Of a DNA stretch of 64,000 nucleotides, positions 9,362 through 18,386 are shown in pieces. Under the pieces are notes generated by a model, which saw nothing but the letters and a program-made list of their open reading frames with translations, was not told the origin of the DNA and searched no databases. Made by a program: the position numbers and the translations under genes. This DNA is from Candidatus Latescibacterota bacterium (GTDB lineage: Bacteria; Latescibacterota; UBA2968; UBA8231), in contig OZ241362.1 in NCBI GenBank assembly GCA_965200315.1, positions 2,816,001-2,880,000 of the forward strand. The letters are read 5' to 3'. How positions within the stretch are numbered: the stretch's first letter is position 1; each line of letters begins with the position of its first letter.

Positions 9362-11122
9362 TTACCCCTCGTCCGCGTCCACTCGGCGCATGTATCGAGT
9401 GTACGCTCCTCGCAGCGCTACCCCCAGCAATAGCGCCACCAACCCCCCAACCAACGCCACGCTCCAACGCCCCACGTAAAACCCCGAAAAGCCGATAATG
9501 CCCCCTCCCACGGCCACCGCACCAAGCAGGGCGAGACCCAAGCCGTGTATAATCGGTGAGCCGCCAGTGGCCTCAACGCCCGCCTTTTGCGCGATCGGCC
9601 CCCACCATCCCATCGGTCGCGCCTCTTTGTAGAAAGCCAAGAGCTTTTCCTCTGGCTCTGGCTTGGTGTAAAGTGCCACCGCGACCCAGAGCAAGCACGT
9701 TGCGGCAATCGACGATAGAACTATCACATACGCCGTATCCTGCCCCGCATCGATCCAATGGGCAAAAACCACGTACTTGTTCAAGAGAAAGACCACCGGC
9801 CCGCCGAAAGAGGCGGCCAGTCGCGCCTTACCGTTAAAGCGCCACCACCACCACTGGCCCCAATTGGCCGTCAGTTCGGCCGAAGAAAGCCCGAGCATAA
9901 AGACCGCGATATCGATGACGTTCTCGGCCTGTAGTGCGACCGCCAGTGAAAGGCCCATGATCGCCAGCATCACCACTCTGCCGACGCCCATGTAGTGCCC
10001 CATCTCAGCGCCGCGTTTGATAAAGCGCCGATACACATCGTTGATAAAGACCTGGGCCCCGAAGTTCATGTTGGAATCCACCGTGGACATGATCGACGCG
10101 AACATCGCCACCAGCACCAGCCCCAGAAGACCCGAAGGCAGGTAGTGGCCCAGCAAGAGACCGTAGGCCAGTTCCTTCTCCATGCTGCCGTCGTGCAGGC
10201 CCGGCCATTTGACCATCGCCCCCAGAGCCGGCAGGGTCAGCACAGCCAGCATTAGGAAGAGCACAATCTCGGTCCAGACGTACATCCGCGTCGCCTCGCG
10301 GCTGTTGCGGCACGACAGCAGCCGTTGGCCCTCCATCGCTCCGGCCATCGGGGCCACGTCGCCTCCGTAGCCGATCGCGGTGCCCATCGTCCACGCGATA
10401 ATCCCCACCACTCCCAAAAGCTCGTGACTCATCGGCGGATGCCAGCTAACGACCCCTTCCCCAAACTGCGTGACCAGTGCCTGATAGAGCCCTGTCGGCC
10501 CGCCGAAGTCGGCCCACACCAAGCCCATTAGCACGAGCGAGGACGCGATCATGATCGCGGTCTGGATCAAATCCGACATCACCACGCCCATGTAGCCGGA
10601 GAGCACCACATAGACCAAAATGATCGGAATGACCAGCAGAAAGGTCTCAAAGCGCGACCAGCCCAAGAGCGCCTCAGACACTTTCGTCAGCCCCAAGAGC
10701 CCGGCCCCGGTCCAAGCTACCACGGCGACAAAGGCGCTGCGCAGCGAGACCCAAGCGCGCATCGTCGGCGCAGCCGCACCGCCAAAGCGGAGTTCGTAAA
10801 ATTCCGGCGAGGTGAAAATTTTCAACCGCCGCCAGCACGCGGCAAAGAGCAGCCCGCCGATCATCAGTGCCAGCCCGAAGCGGCTCAAATACCACCAGCA
10901 GATAAAGGTCCCGGTGATGACCGTCATGCCGCAATACGCGGGTGCCACATCGGCGTTCATGCAGGTGACCGCATAGCTGGTGCCGCTCATCCATCCCTTC
11001 ATCTTGCGCCCACCCAAGAAGTAATTTTCCATACTATGTTGGGCGAATCTCCTGTAGTACAGTCCCATCCCTACCAAGAAGATCATGTAGAGCGCCATCA
11101 GCGCGTAATCCAGACCCGACAC
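9362..11122 (-). CDS. Sodium:solute symporter family transporter
   Basis: Many TM helices; YFLGGR, EFYELRFGG, MFASIMSTVDS. Confidence 0.9.
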   Translation of the reverse strand: MSGLDYALMALYMIFLVGMGLYYRRFAQHSMENYFLGGRKMKGWMSGTSYAVTCMNADVAPAYCGMTVITGTFICWWYLSRFGLALMIGGLLFAACWRRLKIFTSPEFYELRFGGAAAPTMRAWVSLRSAFVAVVAWTGAGLLGLTKVSEALLGWSRFETFLLVIPIILVYVVLSGYMGVVMSDLIQTAIMIASSLVLMGLVWADFGGPTGLYQALVTQFGEGVVSWHPPMSHELLGVVGIIAWTMGTAIGYGGDVAPMAGAMEGQRLLSCRNSREATRMYVWTEIVLFLMLAVLTLPALGAMVKWPGLHDGSMEKELAYGLLLGHYLPSGLLGLVLVAMFASIMSTVDSNMNFGAQVFINDVYRRFIKRGAEMGHYMGVGRVVMLAIMGLSLAVALQAENVIDIAVFMLGLSSAELTANWGQWWWWRFNGKARLAASFGGPVVFLLNKYVVFAHWIDAGQDTAYVIVLSSIAATCLLWVAVALYTKPEPEEKLLAFYKEARPMGWWGPIAQKAGVEATGGSPIIHGLGLALLGAVAVGGGIIGFSGFYVGRWSVALVGGLVALLLGVALRGAYTRYMRRVDADEG

Positions 11123-11303
11123 AATCCCTCCTTTGCTTGGGAAGTAGCCAGTTTTTGTGCCGCTCTCTATGCAGAATTAAAAACGCCGCGTCAAGTTGTG
11201 GCACGAGCTGACGTGGGGCAGCGCCGCTTGCAATCTGCATGGCCAATTATCGTTATTTTTGACTAGTGCATCGATCCTTCCCGACAGCAAAAAGGCCAGC
11301 CTT

Positions 11304-12080
11304 ATGCCCGCACCTATCCTCCTGACCGACTCCCAAGTCCAAGCCTACCTAACCAATGGCTATATCACCGTGCAGACCGCTCATCCGCCCGCGGTCCACC
11401 AAAATATCCACCGCCAAATCGAAACCCTCTTCGCCATCGAAGGCAATCCCGGCAACGACATCCTCCCCAAAATCCCGGACCTGCACCAAATTCTCCGCGA
11501 TCCCGCTGTCGCCGGTGCTCTCCAGAGCCTCCTCGGCCCCTCCTACCTCATCCACCCGCACCGCCACTGCCATCACAACCCCAGTGGGTCCCGAGGCCAA
11601 GGCATGCACCAAGATAGCTATGAAAACGACCAGAGCGTCCGCCATCACCGCACCCGCTGGACCATGGCCTTCTACTATCCACAGGACGTCAGCTTGGACA
11701 TGGGGCCGACCGCGATTTTGCCGGCCACTCAGTACTACAATTCGTCTAAACAAGCTTATGAGCGGGAAGAACAGCCCCTCTGCGGCCGGGCCGGAACAGT
11801 GACCATCGTCCACTACGACCTCTGGCATCGCGCCATGCCCAACGCCAGTGACCGCGACCGCTTCATGGTCAAGTTCCTCTTCACCCGCATGGGCGAGCCG
11901 CAGACATCCTCGTGGGACCACCGCGACGGCACTTGGCAAGCCGCAGGCACTGATCCTCCCGCCGAGCTATGCCGTCGCGCCTGGGACTGGATGCGCGGCA
12001 GTGATGATACCACAGCTCCTACGGAGGTTTCGCTCGGCGAGTTGCGTCAGAGCCTAGAGGCTGAAGCCGAAACCGAGCGC
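11304..12080 (+). pseudogene. PhyH-HEAT dioxygenase truncated after the catalytic domain (paralogue of 3478..4920)
   Basis: GNPGNDILP, HRHCH, MHQD, YDLWHRA; similarity stops at the first HEAT repeat (~12080) and the frame runs on to 12335 through unrelated sequence. Confidence 0.75.
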
Positions 12081-12081
12081 C

Positions 12082-12874
12082 AATCGGCACTGGCCGATTT
12101 CGCGTGCCCTGCGCTGGGCGCAATTCGTCGGCATGGGTGGACGCACGTGTCGGGCCGTTTTATCCACGCGGCTGAAGGACTACCAGCAAGACGAGCCGTT
12201 CTGGGAGACAGTGATGCTCTTTTTTGCCAACCAACCCATGCTGGAACCCACCTACATCGGCCCGATTGTCGATTATATCCACTACCAGAAATTCGTGCCC
12301 CAGCGATTGCCCGGCCCCGACGGCCAGTTCATTGAAGGGCCGGCGGCGCAGCCCAACTTTTCGATGAAGGGCCGTAGCATCACCAAGCTGCTGAGCTTGG
12401 TTGACGAGTGGCACGGCGAACTCAACGCCGATGACTACGCCCTCAGCGAGGAAGATGCGTGGGAGGCGTCTGGTTTTCGCGGATTCGAGTGGGGAGGAAG
12501 AAGACAGTTTCTCGGGCGAGTACGTGGGGTGGTCGATACGCGAGTTATGCACCGCGCTCGACCTGCTGGCCGAAGGGCGCGTCATGCACCACTGCGCGGC
12601 CTCATATGCCCGGCGCTGCTCGGAGGGCGAGCGGTCGGTGTGGTCAATGCAGCTAACCTACCCGACCAAGCTGCCGCAGCGCATTCTGACCATTGCCCTC
12701 GACAACCACAAGAAGACCGTCGTCGATTATCGAGGGAAGTACAACATGCACCCCCAAGACAACAAGCGCACTGCCAAAAAGCACTGGCAGGACCGGCCCT
12801 ACCTCTACTATCTGCGGCAATCGCCGCGCATCTTGCGCTTGTGGATGGAGCGCGAGGATCTGCGGCACGACTAG
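12082..12874 (+). pseudogene. PcfJ-domain protein, 5'-truncated with a frameshift near 12491
   Basis: ALRWAQ..GMGG, NFSMKGRS..L..LVDEWH in one frame; LLAEGRVMHHCAASY in another after an extra G in TGGGGAGG. Confidence 0.75.
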
Positions 12875-12932
12875 CGAGGCAATATGAAGGTCGAGAGCCG
12901 AGGGCGATCGTAGGAACTGGGAGAAGGGTGAG

Positions 12933-13997
12933 CTACAAAGACCCTTTGAACAGGATCGCGCCCATGGTGGACAACCAGCTAGCTAGTACGATGCCGATGG
13001 TCCAGCGGAAATAGACACCGAGCTTGCCGTGGAAGTCGCGTACGGTCGCGTCGTACTTATTGTGCAAATTGCGCTCTGACGTGTCGATCTTATCATTTAG
13101 CGTCTGAAACGACGCCTCTCGCTTCTCATCCGACATGTCAATCTTATCGTTCAGCGTCTGAAACGACGCCTCTCGCTTCTCATCCAGAACCTGAACCGAT
13201 GCGTCAATCTTATCGTTCAGCGTCTGAAACGACGCTTCCCGCTTCCCATCCGACGTGTCGATCTTGTCATGCAGCGTCTGAACTGACGTGGCACTCTCCT
13301 CGCGCAGCGTCTGAACCGACATGTCGATCTTGTCATGCAGCGTCTGAACTGACGCGGCACTCTCCTCGCGCAGCGTCTGAACCGACATGTCAATCTTATC
13401 ATGCAGCGTCTGAACCGACGCTTCCCGCTTCCCATCCGACATGTCAATCTTATCGTTCAGCGTCTGAAACGACGCTTCCTGCTTCCGATCCGACGTGTCG
13501 ATCTTATCATGCAGCGTCTGAACCGACGCGGCACTCTCCTCGCGCAGCGTCTGAACCGACGTGTCAATCTTATCATGCAGCGTCTGAACCGACGCTTCCC
13601 GCTTCCCATCCGACATGTCAATCTTATCGTTCAGCGTCTGAAACGACGCTTCCTGCCTCCGATCCGACGTGTCGATCTTATCATGCAGCGTCTGAACCGA
13701 CGTGGCACTCTCCTCGCGCAGCGTCTGAACCGACATGTCAATCTTATCATGCAGCGTCTGAACTGACGCTTCCCGCTTCCCATCCGACATGTCAATCTTA
13801 TCGTTCAGCGTCTGAAACGACGTGTCGATCTTCTCGTGCAGACCTCGGTGTGACGCCGTGCTCTCCCCGCGCAGCTCCTGAACCGACACATCCAGCTTCT
13901 CACCGACCGCTCGCACGTCGCTTTCAATTAGCTCCAAGCGGCGGTTGATCTGCTGCAATACGTCGCGGGTGGTTATCTCAGATGTTTCAGTGGCCAT
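12933..13997 (-). CDS. Coiled-coil repeat protein with C-terminal membrane anchor (DUF1640/CCDC90-like architecture)
   Basis: AGGAG RBS before ATG 13997; repeated SVQTLHDKID units; hydrophobic end FRWTIGIVLASWLSTMGAILFK. Confidence 0.75.
   Translation of the reverse strand: MATETSEITTRDVLQQINRRLELIESDVRAVGEKLDVSVQELRGESTASHRGLHEKIDTSFQTLNDKIDMSDGKREASVQTLHDKIDMSVQTLREESATSVQTLHDKIDTSDRRQEASFQTLNDKIDMSDGKREASVQTLHDKIDTSVQTLREESAASVQTLHDKIDTSDRKQEASFQTLNDKIDMSDGKREASVQTLHDKIDMSVQTLREESAASVQTLHDKIDMSVQTLREESATSVQTLHDKIDTSDGKREASFQTLNDKIDASVQVLDEKREASFQTLNDKIDMSDEKREASFQTLNDKIDTSERNLHNKYDATVRDFHGKLGVYFRWTIGIVLASWLSTMGAILFKGSL
13081..13830. repeat. Intragenic tandem repeat, 33/54-bp units in a 174-bp higher-order unit
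   Basis: Near-identical blocks recur at 13441 and 13615 (174 bp apart); core CAGCGTCTGAA repeated many times. Confidence 0.95.
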
Positions 13998-14194
13998 CTC
14001 AGCATTGCTCCTGATTAGGGTTAAAAGTAGGCAACAGGAACAGACAAGCAAAATGCGAACCACCTTTTTTGTCTGGCAAGGTCTCCGTTGTGTAGCTGCT
14101 TTTCTGTATCTAATCGCAGACAGTGTGCCCCCTGCCCGATACAGCCGCCTCTCCCCTTGATAGCTGCCCATCAGGCCCTATCTTGTTTGTCGCC

Positions 14195-15238
14195 ATGACT
14201 GCAACCTTTCGCATAGGCGTCACCCGCGACTTTCTCAAGGCCGACGGCACTCTCGGCTTCGGCGATATTGGCCTCGACCTGCTCGATGAATCCCCAACGG
14301 TCGAGTGGGAGTTTCTAGCGGAAAACACCACCGAGCTGCGCCCCGACCAAATTCGCGGCTACGACGGCCTGCTGGTCCTCGCCGCGATAGTTAGCGCCGA
14401 GACCTTGCAGGGAGCAGACAAGCTGGCAATCGTCGCCCGCTTCGGCGTCGGCTACGACAGCGTTGATGCCGCAGCTTGCAACGAGCAGGGCGTGCTCTTG
14501 ACGATCACTCCCGACGGCGTGCGCCGGCCAGTCGCAGTCATGGCTTTGACGTACCTTTTGGCCCTCAGCCACAAGATGCTGGCCAAGGACCGCTTGGTGC
14601 GCGAGGGCCGCTGGCATGAGCGCCTCGGCTACATGGGCATGGGCGTCACGGGCCGTACGCTTGGGCTGGTCGGCCTGGGCAATATCGGCCGCGAGATTTG
14701 CACCTTAGCCAAGCCCTTCGGCATTCGCTGCATTGCCGCCGATCCTTTCGTCGATGCTGCACAGGCGCACACCGCTGGTGCCGAATTGGTCGAGCTCGAC
14801 CAGTTGCTGCAACGCGCAGATTACGTCTGCATCTGCTGCGCACTCACTGAGGAGACCCATCACCTCATCAGCGAGCGCGAGCTCTCACTGATGAAGGAAA
14901 GCGCCTACCTCATCAACACGGCCCGCGGCCCCATCGTCGATCAGCAGGCCCTTACCCACGCCCTCCAACAGGGTCAAATCGCCGGGGCTGGCCTCGATGT
15001 CTTTGAAACAGAACCTGTTCCCCAGGATGAGCCTGTATTGGCACTCACCGACCAGACTATCGTCGCCCCGCACGGGCTATGCTGGACCGACGAGTGCTTC
15101 CGCCTCATCGGCCACAGTGCCTGCCGCAGTCTCATCGAAGTAGCCTCCGGGCACTTGCCCCAGCACCTCGTCAATCCCCAAGCGGCCGAGCACCCCCGTC
15201 TCCAAGAAAAACTGAACCGCTATCGAGCTATCGGATGA
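14195..15238 (+). CDS. D-isomer-specific 2-hydroxyacid dehydrogenase
   Basis: GVGYD, GLGNIG, LINTARG, AGLDVFETEP, APH. Confidence 0.92.
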   Translation: MTATFRIGVTRDFLKADGTLGFGDIGLDLLDESPTVEWEFLAENTTELRPDQIRGYDGLLVLAAIVSAETLQGADKLAIVARFGVGYDSVDAAACNEQGVLLTITPDGVRRPVAVMALTYLLALSHKMLAKDRLVREGRWHERLGYMGMGVTGRTLGLVGLGNIGREICTLAKPFGIRCIAADPFVDAAQAHTAGAELVELDQLLQRADYVCICCALTEETHHLISERELSLMKESAYLINTARGPIVDQQALTHALQQGQIAGAGLDVFETEPVPQDEPVLALTDQTIVAPHGLCWTDECFRLIGHSACRSLIEVASGHLPQHLVNPQAAEHPRLQEKLNRYRAIG

Positions 15239-16074
15239 AACCCAACAAAGTCAAACGCACCCTCAAAGAGGGCGGCACTGTCATCGGCACCATGACCTTT
15301 GAATTTTGCACCCCGGGCATTGCCCGCCTCTCTGCCGAGGCTGGTGCCGAATTCATTATGTACGACATGGAGCACACCGGCTGGAGCGTCGAGACAGTGC
15401 GCGACCTGATCGCCACCACCAACTCCGACCACATCGAGCCTTTTGTGCGGGTGCCGGCGACCCAATACCACTTCATCGCCCGCGTCCTCGACGTTGGGGC
15501 CCGAGGCGTCATGGTGCCGATGGTTAGCGACGCGCAGCAGACCGAGGTCATCGTGCAGTCGGGCAAGTACCCGCCGATTGGCCAGCGCGGAGCAGCCTTT
15601 CAAATTGCCCACGACCACTTCGCCGAAGGCTCCATTGTCGGCAAAATTGACCACGCCAATACCGAGAGCCTGCTGATCGCTCAGATCGAAAACCGCCCCG
15701 GCCTCGAAAATGTCGATCGCATCGCCGCGGTAGATGGGATTGATATACTGTGGATTGGAGGTTTTGACCTGAGCAACTTCTTGGGGATTCCTGGGCAGTT
15801 TGACCATCCCGAATTTACCGCCGCCCTCGACCGCGTCGTCGATGCCTGCGAGCACCACGGCAAGGCCGCTGGCTACTTGGTCAATACCATCGAGGAAGGG
15901 ACGGAGATGCTGAGCCGAGGCTTTCGCTGCATAGCTTACGGCGGCGACTTGTGGCTCTACCGCCGCGCCTTGGCCGAAGGCATCGAAGGGCTGCGGACGA
16001 TCGTCTGGCGGCGGTGCCCGCAGAGACCCTATCCATTTGGGTTGAGCCAACTCACAACACAAATCAGGAAGTGA
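15235..16074 (+). CDS. HpcH/HpaI aldolase family protein
   Basis: DMEH, VRVP, LDVGARGVMVP, KYPPIGQRG, QIE; ATGA overlap with the upstream gene. Confidence 0.9.
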   Translation: MKPNKVKRTLKEGGTVIGTMTFEFCTPGIARLSAEAGAEFIMYDMEHTGWSVETVRDLIATTNSDHIEPFVRVPATQYHFIARVLDVGARGVMVPMVSDAQQTEVIVQSGKYPPIGQRGAAFQIAHDHFAEGSIVGKIDHANTESLLIAQIENRPGLENVDRIAAVDGIDILWIGGFDLSNFLGIPGQFDHPEFTAALDRVVDACEHHGKAAGYLVNTIEEGTEMLSRGFRCIAYGGDLWLYRRALAEGIEGLRTIVWRRCPQRPYPFGLSQLTTQIRK

Positions 16075-16078
16075 GAGT

Positions 16079-16315
16079 ATGGACAACCGAATTACTATTG
16101 ATCCTCAAGTGTATCACGGCCAAGCCTGCATTAAGGGGACGCGCCTTCCTGTGCATCAAATCCTCCGGATGCTCGCCAACGGGGATACCATCGAAGACCT
16201 ACTTCAAGAATATCCTTCTATAACATGGGAAGATATCCTCGCTTGCTTCGACTATGCAGCCTCACTGGCTGAAGAGCAAATGGCCCCTCTTGAAGTTCTC
16301 TCGGGCGAGGTATGA
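16079..16315 (+). CDS. DUF433 antitoxin
   Basis: RITIDPQVYHGQACIKGTRLPV...LLQEYPSIT.EDI.A. Confidence 0.9.
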   Translation: MDNRITIDPQVYHGQACIKGTRLPVHQILRMLANGDTIEDLLQEYPSITWEDILACFDYAASLAEEQMAPLEVLSGEV

Positions 16316-16461
16316 AGATCTTAGTCGATGAGCACATCCCTCTCAGGACGGTCCAAGCCTTGCCTATGATGGGGCATGACGTCCGCGATATTCGTCTTGG
16401 CGTATGCCGGAGACTAGACGAACCGAGCGCGATACCGACGACTCAGGACAAAGCTAAGTGA
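16312..16461 (+). pseudogene. DUF5615 PIN-like toxin, collapsed by internal deletion
   Basis: MKILVDEHIP...GHDVRDIR...TTQDK* in only 49 aa; ATGA-coupled to DUF433. Confidence 0.75.
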
Positions 16462-16567
16462 CAACGGAAGGAACCTTGGAGCCGAGAAATCGAGACCTTT
16501 GACCGGGCTGCATAGCGTCTGGCGGCGGTAACATAAAAGGTACGCCCGGGCAAGGGCAGGCACGGTA

Positions 16568-16613
16568 CATAAGAAAGCTCAGGCCCTCCTTACAGGACCT
16601 GAGCTTTCTTATG
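16568..16613. terminator. Long hairpin, probable terminator between convergent units
   Basis: Perfect 16-bp stem CATAAGAAAGCTCAGG / CCTGAGCTTTCTTATG. Confidence 0.8.
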
Positions 16614-16641
16614 GGCAGTTTGTATTTCGTATTAACTCGGC

Positions 16642-18372
16642 TTACGACGAGTGCATTTCCGAAATAAGTCCCCTAGTATCCTTTAACAAGCCATTGAGTT
16701 CTTGGAAGAGACCGCTGCGAGATTCCTGCATGTTTCTGAGTTCTTCGAGTTCCTCATCTATAGCCGCAATACGCCTGCCGATGGTTTGATCTATATAAGT
16801 GTCAGTAGCTTCATCGAAATGGAGTTCAACTGCGTGGGCGGCTTCATCAAATCCCGCCCGAATAGCTGCCCGGCCTTCGCGCAAGTCCTGTTCCCGTTTG
16901 TCTTCATCGGCATCTTCTTTTATTTGAAACACAATGTTCAAAACAGCCCCTGCTGCGGCCAAAACCCAACCAGCATTTGCGATTGTACGCGTCCACTTTA
17001 CCGCCTCCCACGGCCTAAAGGATTTCCCAAAGACATGACCAATGGATTTAACCATGCCGTGAGTTGCTGTACCCGAATACTGGTTAAGTTTGAACAGACC
17101 GGAGAGGGTTGCGGTTGTGGAGGTAAACGACTTCTCTACTAGGAACCGCCCAAGTTGGCGGGTTACATCTCCACCTTGTTTAATTTTAGACGATGTGGCT
17201 GGATCAATACCGAGACCTTGGACTCTTTCTCTAAGCCTCGATAGCAACTCTTTGGCTAATTCGCTCTCCGCGATTTGCCCGACCCCCTCAGCGAGATCGC
17301 TGATACCCTCTTCCATTGCTTTTTGAACGAGACCTGACAGCTCATCCGTCTGTTTTTCAACGCGCTCTTGGGCCGCCGTTAATTCCCGATCAACAGCCTC
17401 AGTGTCAGCGTCTCCGCGAATTAGGTCAATTAGGTCAGCAGCCTTGCGTCCTTCCTCCCGAATTTTGTTTACCGTCTGCTGGACCCGGCTTTCCGCTGCC
17501 TGCGAAAGCCGCGCCTTACCACTCACTAATGCACGTCTTTGCTGAGTAACCAATTCTTGCAGAGCATCTACATCGACATCATCACTCGACTCGGCTGCGA
17601 GCGCCTCTTGAAGTACTTGTTCGAGCGTATAGAGCGATGTTGTATAACGTGAGGCCAATCCCTTCTCTTCCACAAACGCATTAAAATTATCGACGAAATC
17701 GTCGAAACCACTTCTGTTGTGGGAGATTGTGCGAAACTCTTCATCTTGTTCTGTACGAGCCTCAAGCGCGGCCTCAGCATCCACAAAAGACAGGCGAAGC
17801 TGTTCCGGAGTAAACGGTACGAGAACTTTTCGGAGATCTTCCCGGATCACACCCTGAGCCGCTAACGTATTACCTTCGGCATGTCGTTGCATCTTGTTTA
17901 CGACCAACAGCATTTCGTGAGCTTTTTCCCGCTCAATAGCGAGTTTCCTGAAATGTTCTGCTATATGGGCGTCAAATAGTTCGTTGGTGACAACAAAGAC
18001 CAAAAGGTCGGTTTTGCTGATCGCCTCATAAGTTATTTCGTCGTGGTCGGGTCGTATCTCCGTATGGACGCCAGGTGTATCTATCACTTTGATACCGTTC
18101 CATTCAAACTGTTGCACCTGTTGAGTCGTAATTCCAGCCCCGATTGCAATGTCTTCTCGTCCGATCATCACTTTGAGAATCGAAGATTTACCTGCACTGT
18201 ATTGACCGGCAAAAACCACCTGCACAGCCTCGTCAGTTAGAGCAATTTCTCTCGGAACCCGGTGGGCAAGCTCTCGTACCTTGTCAAAAGGAGCATCTTT
18301 GAGAACCTTTTCTACCTTTTCAAGCAAAGCCTGCCCTCTTTTTGTCCAATGCTGAAGTTTTAAAGTTTTCAT
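16642..18372 (-). CDS. Dynamin-like GTPase (LeoA/HP0731-like)
   Basis: G1 GQYSAGKS, G2 ITT, G3 DTPG, G4 NKMQ; helical stalk; GHVFGKSFRPWEAVKW plus a hydrophobic paddle; GGAGG RBS. Confidence 0.85.
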   Translation of the reverse strand: MKTLKLQHWTKRGQALLEKVEKVLKDAPFDKVRELAHRVPREIALTDEAVQVVFAGQYSAGKSSILKVMIGREDIAIGAGITTQQVQQFEWNGIKVIDTPGVHTEIRPDHDEITYEAISKTDLLVFVVTNELFDAHIAEHFRKLAIEREKAHEMLLVVNKMQRHAEGNTLAAQGVIREDLRKVLVPFTPEQLRLSFVDAEAALEARTEQDEEFRTISHNRSGFDDFVDNFNAFVEEKGLASRYTTSLYTLEQVLQEALAAESSDDVDVDALQELVTQQRRALVSGKARLSQAAESRVQQTVNKIREEGRKAADLIDLIRGDADTEAVDRELTAAQERVEKQTDELSGLVQKAMEEGISDLAEGVGQIAESELAKELLSRLRERVQGLGIDPATSSKIKQGGDVTRQLGRFLVEKSFTSTTATLSGLFKLNQYSGTATHGMVKSIGHVFGKSFRPWEAVKWTRTIANAGWVLAAAGAVLNIVFQIKEDADEDKREQDLREGRAAIRAGFDEAAHAVELHFDEATDTYIDQTIGRRIAAIDEELEELRNMQESRSGLFQELNGLLKDTRGLISEMHSS

Positions 18373-18386
18373 CGGTTACTTCCTCC

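Noticed and set aside
13081-13830. Repeat array resembling CRISPR
   Set aside because: No unique spacers, unit lengths are multiples of 3 inside an ORF, and no cas genes are present.
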